DNA of 64,000 nucleotides from Caecitellus pseudoparvulus (Eukaryota; Protista; Bigyra: Bicosoecida): the NCBI GenBank assembly GCA_965644315.1, contig CBFFRQ010000149.1:48941-112940 (forward strand). The letters run 5' to 3'. The position numbers and the translations under genes were made by a program. The notes below the pieces were generated by a model that saw nothing but the letters and a program-made list of their open reading frames with translations, had not been told where the DNA came from and made no database searches. Positions 8,801-21,305 of this stretch are shown here, piece by piece; the stretch's first letter is position 1; every line of letters starts with the position of its first letter.

Positions 8801-11697
8801 CGGCAGGGGGGCGCGTGGCCCTGGATAGTGCAGGAAGGCAGGTCAAGTGTGCAGGGTACCGCCCAAGTGCTCTTCCGCGACCTCCGCCGGGCGGCAGTCT
8901 CAGTCTGCAGCTGTCCTTCCGGACCAACGAAGGCGTGCTGGCAGCCATGCCAGCTGGGGCACTGCTCGTTGCAGGCCCACCGGCCCTTACACGCGCAACT
9001 CCGTCTGAAGCACAACCAGGCGCCCCACTCTCCGTGCTGGGTATGAATCTGGGGCTGTCTGACGCAGACGTGGTGGCTGTCATGGTTGGGCGCGTGCAAG
9101 TGCCACGCAGCCAATGGAGCCGGGCGGGGGATGCGGGCATTCGCATTGACAGCCTCCCCCCTCCAGCATCGTTGATGCTCCAAGATCTCATTGACGTCCG
9201 CTTCACAGTTGCCCTGCGCAGCGGGTACAATGCTTCGACGCCCGCCTCGCAGGGTGGCGGCTTTCGGTACCTGTTACCGCCGCAAGCTCCCCTCACTGCG
9301 CCACGTCAAGTGTGTGGGTATCGAGAGGGGCCAGGGGGGGCCACTCGAGTGGTGTTCCGGTGGACAGACGACGCCATCACTGCTGTGTCCCCTGTCCAGG
9401 CATGGGTGGTTAACTTTGCCGAGCGGCCGCCACGCACAACGGCGGGTGTCGGAAACGAGACGGCTGCCATGTCAAGGCGTGTCGTGCCGGTGGGAGGGGC
9501 AACTTCCGGAGATGTGCTGGAGCTTGACGGTGTGCCCGCTGACTGCGCGCACATTCTGCCACCCACCGGGCCGGGCCAGTTGCTGGATGTGCGAGTGTTG
9601 GACACGCCTGCAGCGCCGTTGTGGCTGGCTGTGCGTGCAGCGACTGGCGTCAGCGACGATGCCTTGCTCGGCCCTGCATCCCCCCCTGCTGGCCCCGTCT
9701 TTTCTGTGTGCAGCTCCTCACAATACCTGGCGACGCACGCGCTGTCGGGAGAGGACTGGAGCGCCGTTCTCTGCCAGCCATGCCCTGCTGGGGCGCTGTG
9801 TGATGGCTTGCCGTGGGAGGGCATGCGCAACGCGGCTGGCTTCTACCGTGTGCCGTGGTCGGAGGCTGGTCTGGCCTTCTTGCCCTGTGTGCAGGAGGTG
9901 GTGTGCCCCAGTCCTTCTCGGGTGCTTGTGAAGCGCAGCGACTTGGCGTACTTGCAGCATGACACCTGTCGACCGGGCTGCCCCCTGCCTGCTCCGTTCG
10001 TCGGCAGTGGCACGCTCATGGTCGCCAACGCGTCGCAAGAAACCGGCCATGCACAGGGTAGCTCGTCAGTGGCACCGACACAGGGGTTTTCCGAGTCCCC
10101 CACCAGCGCGCCGATCTCTCAGTGCCTGGAAGGACACACGGGCCCTCTGTGTGAGCAGTGCACAGCAGGGTACGGCCGTGTCGGCGCGGGGACCTGTTCA
10201 AAGTGCTCGGGTGGGCGTGCTGGGGCGGCAGGGCTCATCGTCTTGTTTGCCCTGGGTGTGACCTTGGTCGTGGCGTGGTTGCTGCAGGGGCAGGTGCGCA
10301 CTCGTGCCCTGGAGCGTAAAACGCACAGTGTCGTGAAGAAGGTGCTGCTGAGTCACCTGCAGCAGTGTGCACTAATGCTGTCGTTCGACCTGAAGTGGCC
10401 CAACCCCTTCCGCAGCCTGCTGCAGATCTCGGACATGGCCGGCTCGGCAGCGTCCACGTTCGCCAGCGTGGACTGTGTGCGGGCAACGGATGGTGCCGGC
10501 CTGGACTCGACGTTCCGTGTCACCGTCGTGGCCACCCTAGTAACTCCCGTGCTGCTGGGCATCGGTGCTGTCGCAGTGTTCTGGGCACTGTGGCTGTGCC
10601 GCCGGGCCGACGCAGAGGAGACGCGGCGCCGCTGCCTCGTAGCACTGGTGGTGCTGACGTACCTGTTCTACACGCCCATAAGCCGCGCCACCATGCAGCT
10701 GTTCACATGTGTCGATGTAGGGGGCCAAACCCGCTTGCTGGAAGACCTCAGCATTGAGTGTGACTCCACGGAGAACCGCATTTGGTCCCTGGGGCTGGGC
10801 GTTCCCCTCCTGCTGCTGTTTGTGCTGGGCTACCCTGCCCTGGCAGCAGTTCACCTCTGGCGGGAGCGGGAGGTGTTGCAGACCAGCACGTGGCATCGCC
10901 GTACACTGGGCCTGCTGTACCTAGGATACAAAGATCAGTACTTCTGGTACGAGGTTGCAATTATGGCACGCAAGGCTCTGTTTGCGCTGGTGCTCGTGGC
11001 GCTGCGCCCCGTGGGGCTGCTGTGGCAGATTGGCTTTGGGCTGCTGGTGCTGTGTGCTGCGTGCATGTTGTCTGCTGCCCTGCAGCCGTACGAGGCGCCG
11101 CTGTTCAACAAGCTGGACATGGCCAGCATGGCCCTCTCAATTACAACCCTGGCCGGCGGCGCGCTGCTGTTTCAAGACCGTGTGGACGATCTGCGTGCAG
11201 CCTCCAGTGCAACGCACAGGCGGTGGCAGCACCTGGATGCCGCTGCGCAGTCCATCTCCACTGTACTGTGCGTGGCCAATGCTGCGTTCCTGGGCTTCGT
11301 CCTCGTGTGGTGGCTGCGCGAGTGGTACGGGTCAGAGGTAGCGCCTGTTCTGCGCAGGCGTGCTGGAAAAGCAAAAGATCCCTCCAGCCCCTGCCAAGCA
11401 GCTGAGCCGCAGACAGTGCAGGGTGCTGCTGGTCCAGCTCAGAAGCGACAAGTAGACCTTCCCGACTTCCAGCTAAAGGACGCAAAGCAAGGACCATTTC
11501 CAGGGAGTGGCAAGCAGCCTCTGGCGAGCGCGCAGACACCCTCGGGCCTTTCTGGACAGTGTGCTTTCCTCGCACAGACAGAGAACCCGTTGCGGGCATC
11601 CATCACAGCGGGCATGGGGGGCGGGAAGAGACCCATGCCGCCTCGAAGAGTGCTGCAGCAGCGACGTGCCTCGAAGGCCTCCGCCAGCAAAGTGTGA
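5886..11697 (+). CDS. 5'-truncated host surface protein: RCC1/BLIP-II repeats + multiple IPT/TIG domains + Cys-rich region + multi-pass (7-9 TM) C-terminus
   Basis: RCC1-like VSAGWHHACAL..GRVACWG and GxLGYG repeats; IPT motifs (GG..vtl.G.NF, ..C..P.G.G); CxPCPxGAxC and CxxGHTGPLCxxC; hydrophobic helices with LYLGYK...YFWYE. ORFs 5864-8188 and 7912-11697 join by one missing G in the run at 8002-8006. No ATG or signal peptide on the host side of the junction. Confidence 0.8.
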
Positions 11698-12006
11698 TCG
11701 TGTGGAGCGTGTGTGTTCAGTGCGGCTGCTCATGGCGAGTGCAGCTGCGCAACGTACCAATGCATTGTGGTTTGTGGTGAACAACAGCACTCTGAGCTGC
11801 CGGGCTTGAAGCTGGGATGCTCGCTCGTGGGCCGACTTGGATGCGGCCCAGCGTCAGCCCGAATAGGCTGCTTCTCGAGACTGTGCGGTCTCGCTTGCCT
11901 TCACCAAGGACGAGCAGCGACCTCCGCGCAACCTGCTGGCCAGCGCAGCGTGCACGGGGGCTGTTCCACGCAGGCGGCTCTGACAAAGCACACCCAGTCC
12001 CCCCAC

Positions 12007-13564
12007 TCACTGCTGGCTTGCCTCAAACTCCTCCCTTGTGACGAGGTCGGGCACTGCAAGGCAGGGAAACTCGGTCGCCTTCATGGCCCGCAGCGTCTCC
12101 TTGCGCCAAGCGGCGTACCAAGGCGTGCCCTTGCCCACGACGTAAATGACAGGAATGGTGGGCACAACGTGGTCGGGCTGCACCAGCGGCAGCAACAGCG
12201 GCGCGGCGAGTGGAATCTGCACCCACACATGAGGCCCCTGGGGAGCAGGCTGCTCTGCGGCAGAGGCTGCGGAAGCGGTGGGGGCGGCTTGGTCACTTGG
12301 TTGGTCTGGGGTGGCGGGGGCTGGCAACCACTCGCTCCAAGCCTGTTCCAGGGGTTTGGCAGGCACGATGTTCCGCACGTAGAAGGCATCGACGTTGTCC
12401 AGGGTGTACGCGCCCGCTCGATCCCACGGGAGAGGGGGCAGCCCCCTTCGTCTTGGGCAGCATGGCGCCCAGAAGGGACTGCAGTGTGTCCACCTCAGGC
12501 CACGTCTGCACGTAGTCGCTCTGCCCCGTTTCTGGGTACAGCACCACCAGGGGCCAGTGCATGCATCCGTCCTCCGTGATGTGGGGCTCGCCAGGTGTCC
12601 GACGCATGTCTTCGAACAGAGGCTTGCCCACGCGAATGCCCCGATCTGCACAGGCCTCTGCCGCGACGGCCAGGCGGTCTTTCGTCGCCTGCACTTTCGC
12701 CGCCTCTGCTTCCGCCATGCGCTGCACCTTGTCCAGGCCTGCCTGGGCTCGGCCAGCCAGGGTCTGCAGAGCCTTGCTCTCGGGGTCGCCTGCGAGGCCC
12801 TTGTTTGCGAGCTCTAGAGCCTTGCTGTAGCGCCCGAGGAGCACGGCGCACTTTGCGCCCCGCTGCACGGCACGGGCATTGTCAGGGTTCAGGCTCAGCG
12901 CCTCGAGGCACTCATCCAAGGCCATGCCCAGCTTCTTGCGGGACTGGAGAGGGGGCAGCGGGTGTGAGGGGTGTCGGTCTGCTGCTTCCCTTGCTGCGCC
13001 GTCGCCACGCACCATGAAAATTGCCGCCAAGTTGCTGTGCACGACGCTCTCCAGTGCTGTCATCTCAGACGATGGGGGGGCATTGCCGATGTGTCGCAGG
13101 GCATCCTGTGCAGGCGCGCTAGCGAGGCAGGTGAGGCGCCGCCAGGGGTGCAGCTCCAGCCACGGCACCGCACGTTGTAGAACTTCAGCGCGTTGCCATA
13201 GAACGCCTTGCCGCGCTTGAAAGCGACGTTGCCTCGCTCTTTGCAGTCGACGGCCAGCTCTGCAGGGCCATGGTCGTCGCTGTAGTCCAGATCTCGCAGG
13301 GCTTTCAAGTACGGGTTCTTCTCATAGTCCTCCTCCTGCGCAGCACGCGCGATCGAGCGAGTGACCAGGGCGGGGGACAAGGACGTGGAAAGCCACAGCA
13401 CGAACTGTGGGCAGGTGGTCCATGAAAAAGGGATGGTTCTCGAAGTCGTCGTCCAAAGAATCTAGATGGCCCGAGGCTTTCATCTTCTTGTACTCCTCGA
13501 TAAGCTGGTCCAGCTGCTCCTCATCCAGCTCAGAAGGGGGCTGTGTGCCTGGCGCTGCTGCCAT
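12007..13564 (-). CDS. TTC4: TPR co-chaperone CNS1/TTC4 family (3 introns, one homopolymer frameshift near 12434-12446)
   Basis: HPFFM..LP / NPYLKALRDL..D / KERGNVAFK TPR motifs and the C-terminal wheel domain MHWPLVVLYPETGQSDYVQ...PWD. GT-AG introns (gttcgt/gtgcgg/gtgcgt...cag). Confidence 0.85.
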
Positions 13565-13918
13565 GTCGAACCAATTTCCGCACAGCGAGACAAGAACGGG
13601 CAATGGAGTGGGCAAGGAACCAGAGCAAGGATAAAACCATCAAGGGACGTAATTGGGACGATTTTTGTGTGCATCACAACCTGCCCCGTGGCAGGAAGCT
13701 TGCCGCTGCGTGGCCTCACCGTCCGGCTGGGCCGAGCGTTGGTTTGAGACGCATCATTTCATCATTCGCGCACCGCAAAAATCAAGCCCCCCACACCAGC
13801 ACCTTCAGCAGTGCAAATGCGCCGCATGCCAGCACTTTTCCCCACCCAGTACCCACGACAAACCAGTAGATGTGGCAAGAGCCTCCTTTGTGCTGTGCTT
13901 CTCCACCCAACTCTCACC

Positions 13919-14672
13919 ATGGGAAAGACTCGCCCCGCATCCACCCCCGTTGACAGTGCGTGCCAGTTTCCGCACTCGGGCAGCGCTACGTCGCGCTGGC
14001 CTGAGCGTCAAGGGGGCGCCAGGGCAGACCTTTGATGGCAGCCGCGCACTGTGCTTTTGTCCCGCTTCGCAGCCCCTGTGGTGAAGGAGGCCACGATCAA
14101 CCTCCACAAGCGCCTGCACGGCATGTGAGTCTCGGCGCCTGGTCAGCTGCGGAACTAGCACCAGCCTCCTTGGCCGGCTGCTCAGAGCACAGCCGAGGTG
14201 GTGGCGGCCAAGAGCAGTGTGCAGGAAGTCCGCACTGTGCACTTCCTCACCCCCCTTGCTGTGTGCAGTGGCTTCAAGAAGCGTGCCCCCCGCGCTGTGC
14301 GTGAGATCAAGAAGTTCGTCGGCAAGGAGATGAAGACCACCGACGTGCGCCTGGACACCTCTGTCAACAAGTATGTCTGGCACAAGGGCATCCGCAACGT
14401 CCCCACTCGCATCCGCGTGCTCATGGAGCGCAAGCGCAACGAGGACGAGGACGCCAAGGAGACTGTGAGTGCAGCGCCTGGCACGGCGAAACGCTGCGGT
14501 GAAACTCCAGCTCACCTGCACCTGCCATTTGCGCTCGCCTCACCCGCAGATGTACACCCTGGTCAAGTACGTCGATGTGGCTGTGGACCCCAACACCGGC
14601 AAGAAGGTGAAGGGCGGCTTCAAGAACTTGCAGACCGGCAAGACCACCGTCGCCGCTGAGGAGGAGGAGTAA
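13919..14672 (+). CDS. RPL31: 60S ribosomal protein eL31 (4 exons)
   Basis: Spliced product [46 protein letters not shown]...[26 protein letters not shown]...MYTLV; three GT-AG introns. Confidence 0.95.
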
Positions 14673-14758
14673 ACCCCCCCCCCAGACACACACCACAATG
14701 CAGCTGAGGAGGACACCACAGCGCCCCGCCCGTGCTCTACATTGCAATTTAGCTTGCC

Positions 14759-15645
14759 TCAGCCTGTCCCTGGCAGGCGGGTCGTCACGCCTTTGTCTGT
14801 TTCGTGGTACAGCAGCTCCTCACAAGCTACGCCGCGCCCTCGAAGCACCTTCACTTTCATGTGCCCAGACACTGCGGTGCTGTAGCCACTGGTCAGCGGC
14901 GCCAGGTTGAACTGCCAGTCGCAGTTCTCACACGCAGAGTGCAGGTGCCACCCCGGCACGTCAGAGTGCACCAGCGCACCTGCGACTCCAACCTCACCCG
15001 TTCCCACACCACCAACGCACCAGTCCCACGCGTCTGCCACACCCCCTGCATCTCCACCAATCGAACTCGCCAAGGCAGCCTCAGGCAGGTCCACAAACCA
15101 CACGGCTGGCGGTGGGGCGCCCTGGCCTGTACACTCCGCCACAGCCCGCTGCACGGCGCCTAGCGGGCTCAGAGCCTCACTATCCCCTGCAGGCCGCAGG
15201 GCAGACAACTGCACGATGTGTAGCGTTGGCTCTTGCACGGCCAGCGGGCCGACCCCCTGCGAGGTGCGGGGGTGACTTCGGGTGTGGGTACGGGGAGGCA
15301 CGGAGCATGTGACGGACCTGCAGCCCGAGCTGTCGAGCACGCACCAGACGCTTCAGCTTGGCCTGCAAGCCCTTGACAGCATGCACAGCTGTGACAATCA
15401 CGCAGTGCTGGCCTGCAGGTGGGAGGGCCCCACGTGCTGGTGCGAGAAGAGGGCAAGGCGTTGGAGGGCGAAGCAGTTTCCGCACCTCCTCGCAACGCCA
15501 TGGCCAAGCACTGCAGCGCCAGCAGCAGCCCTGGAGCGGCGCTGCAGTCACATATGGAAATGACGGTGTTTTCGAACGGCTTCCGGCTGGAGATATCCCC
15601 CACACTGCCCAGGGCAAGGCCCAGAGATGCAGAGCCGGCAGCCAT
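14759..15645 (-). CDS. ELP6: Elongator complex subunit 6-like (spliced)
   Basis: N-terminal strand-helix segment VISICDCSAAPGLLLALQCL and the C-terminal ELP6-like LAPLTSGYSTAVSGHM...LLYHETDKGV...PG. Confidence 0.65.
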
Positions 15646-16289
15646 GGTGCACCAGTCCTCGCCCGAATTGGAAGGAAGGCGCAGAGCACGTGCCTGTAGG
15701 GTGGGGGGAAAATAAGCGGCCGGATAGGTGAGTGTGTGATTAATGTGGCCGCTGTGGTGTGTCGCTCGCGTGGATTTCGTGGTTCTTACATGTTGGGGGA
15801 GCAGGTCACAGTTGCCAACCTCATTGCAACAGGATCAGCCTGCTCGGCCTGTGTGAGCTAGGCGAAGACCCCACGCCATGCCAGTGAGCTAGTGTGCATG
15901 GCATTGGCTTTGATGTACCTGCGCTCGTGTCACTGCGCGGGCCAGAGCGCAGGCTGCCTCACGCCTGCGCTCGCCGCACCTACATTTGCAAGCTGGCTGA
16001 TCAGGGTGGAGTGGCTCCGAGTCGGCGCAAGACATGACAATTTCTTCTTTGGAATGCTTTGTCTACCTGTTATGGTCAGGAATGCGGTACCTGCAGCGGT
16101 TCCCCACCTGGCAAGGCGCGAGCCCAACCTCCATAATCCCCCAGCCAAGCCCACATTCCATCTACACTGCCACCCACTGGACAGAGGAAGCTGATGACAA
16201 GTGCAGGCAGACGAGCAGAACCTTTCTCGTGACTGGCCACACCCTCGCTCAGTTTTGACAGTGCAGTCTGGTCAACACCAAAGTGAGAG

Positions 16290-19113
16290 ATGGTGCAGCA
16301 ACGCCATGGCACACGGCGGCAGCGAAGCCACAGCATGGCAGGAGCACCGACTGGCAGTGGACAGGCCCCAAGAAGTACAGCAGGCGAGACACACTCGGCA
16401 GCTTGTCTGTGCTTCCTGCTGCTGGTTGTGATGGCGCTCGCTGCGTGGGGCGTTCGAAACGTGTCTGTCGGGTACTTGTGCCAGAACCAGGTCGACGCAC
16501 TTACCCGCACCAACGCTGTTGCAAGTGGCGACCCCAAGAGTGCCGAGCGTGCAGCAGCCATCATGTCTTGCATTGAAGCTTCTGGCGGGCGAGGCGACGA
16601 TGAGGGTTCCCTGCAGGGTGTCATTCTTGCCAACCTTTTTCTTGTGGCAGCCGCATCGCTGTGCGGCGTGTGCTGCAGCGTGTACCCTGGCGTGACGGCC
16701 AAGACAGCCTGCCGCCGAGGGGTGGCGAACATGGGGGTGGGCTTGCTCTTGATACTGACAGGGGGCGGCTTCGTCGGGCTCCTGGTGCAGGACCTGCCCT
16801 GCCTCATGTCGAACAGCTGTCTTGACGCGCAGCACTCGACGTTTCGCGCCGTGACAGCCCTGACCACCACCGCCATTGTGCACTGGGTTGCGTTCCTGAC
16901 AATTTCATCAGACCCAAAGGGAGAAAGCAGCCCGAATCGCACAAGGTCGGGGTTTTGCGGCGTGCGCCTCAAGGTCCTGTGCTTGATTGCCATGGTTGCA
17001 GTTCTCATTGGCGCGATAGCACTCGAAGGAGTCGTGCTGACCTGCGCAGCAACAGGTGTTGCTGGGGGTCCTTGCGTTGCGGAGGAGCAGGTGGCTCCCC
17101 TCAAATCGCTGTAGCCATGGTGCTGCCGACGTCCTTGTCACTTCTGCTCGCTGCCATGACGCTGTATGGGAACAGCGTTGACGTACACAACCAACGCACT
17201 GCTCTAAGGAGATCGGAGAACGGATGCTGTATGGGCGGCCGTGCAACGCACGTCTCTCTCATGAGTCTGCTGGTGATCCTTTTCCTGGCCCTTTTCATCT
17301 TAGCAGGCTGTGTCGTGGGTGGGGCGAATCTGCTCCTTTTCGCAATGCCAAGCACAGAGGCGTTCGGCATCCGCGCCGAGGAGGTCATCGTGCTGCCCTT
17401 CATCGCGGCCCTGCCGGCCCTTACAGGCATGTACAAGCTCTTAAGCTTCGCCATGAATCGGATGGGGGCACTCGGCTCGCGTTTCAATGCTTGCGCCAGG
17501 TGCTGTGGTCGGGGGCAAGAGCTTGCCTTCCTGGAGGCGGTGCTGAAGGGGAAGCTGGAGGAGGTATACCAGAAGCTTGTGGAAAGCTCGAGCGCCGGAG
17601 AAGCTGGACGAATCGAACTGGCCCGAACAGGCGTCGTTGATGAGCATGAAACGGATGAAGTCGACAAGGACCCGAAACAGCGCGGCAATCGCTTCTGCAC
17701 CTGCTGCCTTGGGAGCACCCCTCCAACCGGAGGACCGCCAGAATTATGGCCGATGCCATGGGTGGCCGAGCAGACACCAAGGCTATGTCTATGGTGGACG
17801 TTTCGTTTGTCCTAAGCGTGCAGCCAAGTCCCTCCATGCTGGACTCGGCCGTCAACATTGCGAACCTAGCAGCTCAGTGTGACACGACGGACAAAGCACG
17901 CGTTGGGCTGAATATGATGGAAAAGAACATTCTTGCCATTGCCATTGATGGCCACCTTCAGAACCAAAAACTGAAACATTCGTGCATTTGCCCGCTGCAC
18001 TGCTGCCAACCACATCGAGGACGGTGCAACTGCGCCTGCATCGGTTGCTACGATCGCAACCTGCGCATTCCAGGGGACGACCACTCTGTAGTGTGTCGCC
18101 CGTGGATGCTGTGGCTCATCATGCTCATGCTCGTGTGCTGCTTTGTTGCCCCGGGCCTTCACCGGCTCGTGCATGGCGGGTCGTTCACCGGCAACCCCTC
18201 ACGCGACGGGCAGTACATTGTGTACTCTGGCCTTGTCCTCTCGACGCTCGCCGCTCTGCGCACAGTGACGACCATGGACAACTCTCTCAGCACTCTCGCA
18301 CGACTTCATGAGCTTGCCAAACAACTGCTTGACGTTTCTAGAGTCAACGTCACGGAGCCTGCTGAAGTGGCGCAGTGGTCTGCCTCCCTCTGGTTCCTCG
18401 TGGAGGTCATCAAGCGAGAAGTAGGGGGGCACCATGGGGCTGTGGTGTTTGCCTACAGTTTGGCCAGTCTGGGAACTGGGGGCTTTCTGACTCTCTGGGT
18501 CATTCTAAACCGCACCTTGGAAGAGAACGCAGCCGGCAACCTTCTGGAAAACCCCGCGCTTTGGACGTTAGCCATCATCACAGTGCTTTACTTTTGGGTT
18601 TCGGGTATGCTCTTCGTGCCGCTGTTGAGCCTAGACAACGTCATTTCGAGGGCCATCGAGCTCATGCGCACACGGGCACTGGCAGGCCGCGACGTGCATG
18701 CTCTGTCAGGATTCCTGCTCCGCACGTCGCAAGATGCCGTGGCAGAGTTTCGCAAGTTGAAACACAACCTTGTACGTATTGGGGAACTAGTAGCACACCA
18801 TGCGAACCCACTTCATGCCGCGTCCGGCCAAGCTGCAAGTCCTGCCACGGCAGCAAGCAGCAATGGATGGGAACTTACCCGCCAAGAGCGCCAGCAAGCA
18901 GGGCACCGCATGCAGGCCATCCTGTACGCGGCTGCCGTCGCAGAGTCGTGGGGTTCCCGCTACAAGGGTATTAAGTTGCCCCTCTTTGATTCCTCAGCAA
19001 TTACCATCACCCTCTCCGCGACGTATGCCTACAGTTTGATGGGAGCCGCTGCGCTGCCGGTGCTCACATTCGTGGGGAGACTGGCGCTGAACTCGGTCCG
19101 AGCATCTGATTAA
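16290..19113 (+). CDS. Uncharacterised multi-pass membrane protein (~940 aa once two homopolymer frameshifts are corrected)
   Basis: ORFs 16290-17114, 16955-17815 and 17746-19113 join if one C is added in the runs at ~17097-17100 and ~17718-17721. About 12 hydrophobic segments. Confidence 0.65.
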
Positions 19114-19574
19114 ACAAATATTGAGTGTGTAAAGGACTATTACCCTGCATGCCACTGGGTGGGCACAGACAGTGGCTTTGTAGGGTGAAAGTGGTTCCCG
19201 CGCCCACAGCCTCGGGTGAAGTTGGTGGCAGGTGCTGCTATCTCCGTGATGGATGGTTGCGAATTCGGAGCCAGGCACGCACGAGAGACTGAGTAGCTCT
19301 TTTCGCTCGAAGTGCGCGTTCTTTGGAAGACCCCACTGTCATGCCCTGTTCACTTGAGAGCCAAGCAGCAAACCCGGCACTCCGAGCACGTTGAAGGAAT
19401 TCACCAATTATCCTCTCGCCCCGACTTGAAACCCTAATGTGACCTTCCAGGCTCGGTTGTTCATCGCAGTGTATATCAACGTTTTAGAGTTGTAAGCTTT
19501 CTCTGCACCCCTTCCCCCCAACTGGGGCACGCGCCTGTGACTGTGCGGCGCTGCGGAATCTGAGCCACCACGCC

Positions 19575-21140
19575 ATGGCATCAGGAGCCGCAGCCACCGT
19601 TAAATTAGCGAAGTGGCAGGCAGCATGTGAAGAGATGGATGTTTATTCTCTCATGGACATGCTCCATCCTGGTGGTCAGCGTTGTGGAAGTGCTTTGGCC
19701 GGCCTGTCACGTGCAGAGACGACGGCTGGCTTTGTGGTGGCTTGTCGGATTGGCCATGTTGGGCTAGTGCGTGAACTACTGGCACTGGAGGGGGGCCATG
19801 AAGTGGATGTACATGCAAAGGACATCTTAGGCACCGAGGCTGGGTTCCGCGAGGCGTGTCGGTACGGGCACCTGAGCGTGGTACGTGAGTTGTTGTTGTT
19901 GACTGATCATCGCGCTGTTGACGTCAACGCGGGAGACGCGTACGGGCCTGAAGCGAGCTTCCGGTGCGCCTGCGCGAACGGCCACCTCGAAATCGTGCGT
20001 GAGATGCTCAGTTTGGATGGTGACCGGTGGGTGGATGTGCATGCAAAGTGTGAGGGGGCCTTCTTCTGGGCATGCGCCCACGGGCACATTGCTGTGGTGC
20101 GAGAGCTGCTAGCCCTGGAGGGCTGCCGTCGAGTGGATGTGCATGCACCTTCTATTGGTGGGCCCGAGGCTGCATTTCGGGGAGCATGCGCATCCGGAAG
20201 CGTACCTGTCGTCCTCACCCTGCTTGCCCTTGAAGGCGACCGGGAGATGAACGTACATGCCGAAGACAAAGATGGCCCGGAGGCCGCTTTTCGAAAAGCG
20301 TGCGAGCATGGCCACGCAGATGTTGTGGCAGCCTTGCTTGCACACAAGGGGGGGCGGTATGTGGATGTGAATGCCGTGGACGGGTATGCTTTGCGGAGCG
20401 CGTGTTCCCGTGGCCATGTTCCTGTCGTCCGACTGCTTCTGGGACTTGAGGGGCACCAGGAGGTGAATGTGAGTGCGCGCGACTGGCTGGGCCCCGGGGC
20501 GGCCTTTCGGCTGGCATGTCGCAACGGGAAGGTGGGTGTTGTGCGTGAGTTGTTGGCGCTCCCGCCTGAGAGGGGGCTGGATGTACACCGAAGTGATGTT
20601 AGCGGTCCGGAGGCTGCATTCCGCTTGGCTTGTCAAAAAGGGCACATTCACGTGGTGCGCGAGCTCCTGGCGCTGAGCGGTGACAGAGCGGTAGATGTAA
20701 ATGCCACTGAAATCTCAGGGTTTGTAGAGGCATGCTTTGAAGGTCACGGAGACATTGTGCGGGAGCTGTTGCGTCTTTCCGGGGAGAGAGCAGTGGATGT
20801 GCATGCGGCAGACGAAACAGCCTTTATCGCCGCATGCTGGGCAGGTCATGTGGACGTGGTGCGTGACTTGCTGGCCCTCACTGGTCCTCGCGCCATTGAT
20901 GTGCACGCCGACGATGGAAGTGGACCCGATGCTGCCTTCCAGGGAGCGTGCATGCAGCCCAATGCTGCCGTGCTGTGCGAGCTGCTGGGCCTCACTGGCC
21001 ATCGGGCCATTCCCCTACAGGCACGCGTTGATGCTGGACAGGTGGCCGTGCAGCCAGCCAAGGATGCCGCGTGGGCCGGCACCAGCACACGGCGGGGGCG
21101 GAGGGGGGTGGTGATGCTGCGGAGTGCACATCGTGGATGA
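19575..21140 (+). CDS. Ankyrin-repeat protein, array gene 1
   Basis: Repeats F..AC..GH..VVRELL.L.G.R.VDVHA; shared N-cap (W.AACE) and C-terminal W.GTSTR.GRR motif. Confidence 0.85.
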   Translation: MASGAAATVKLAKWQAACEEMDVYSLMDMLHPGGQRCGSALAGLSRAETTAGFVVACRIGHVGLVRELLALEGGHEVDVHAKDILGTEAGFREACRYGHLSVVRELLLLTDHRAVDVNAGDAYGPEASFRCACANGHLEIVREMLSLDGDRWVDVHAKCEGAFFWACAHGHIAVVRELLALEGCRRVDVHAPSIGGPEAAFRGACASGSVPVVLTLLALEGDREMNVHAEDKDGPEAAFRKACEHGHADVVAALLAHKGGRYVDVNAVDGYALRSACSRGHVPVVRLLLGLEGHQEVNVSARDWLGPGAAFRLACRNGKVGVVRELLALPPERGLDVHRSDVSGPEAAFRLACQKGHIHVVRELLALSGDRAVDVNATEISGFVEACFEGHGDIVRELLRLSGERAVDVHAADETAFIAACWAGHVDVVRDLLALTGPRAIDVHADDGSGPDAAFQGACMQPNAAVLCELLGLTGHRAIPLQARVDAGQVAVQPAKDAAWAGTSTRRGRRGVVMLRSAHRG

Positions 21141-21305
21141 AGGGGGGTGGCTTGGCGTGGTGTGAGGGGGGCATTGACAGCGGCACAATTCAGTTGCATC
21201 TAGCATTGTGTGGTGGAAGGCATGCTGGGTGTGCAGGTTTCGGCCTTGCTGGTGCGGTTGGCGTCGCAGAGGGAGGGGTGGGTGCGGAATCTGAGCCACC
21301 ACGCC

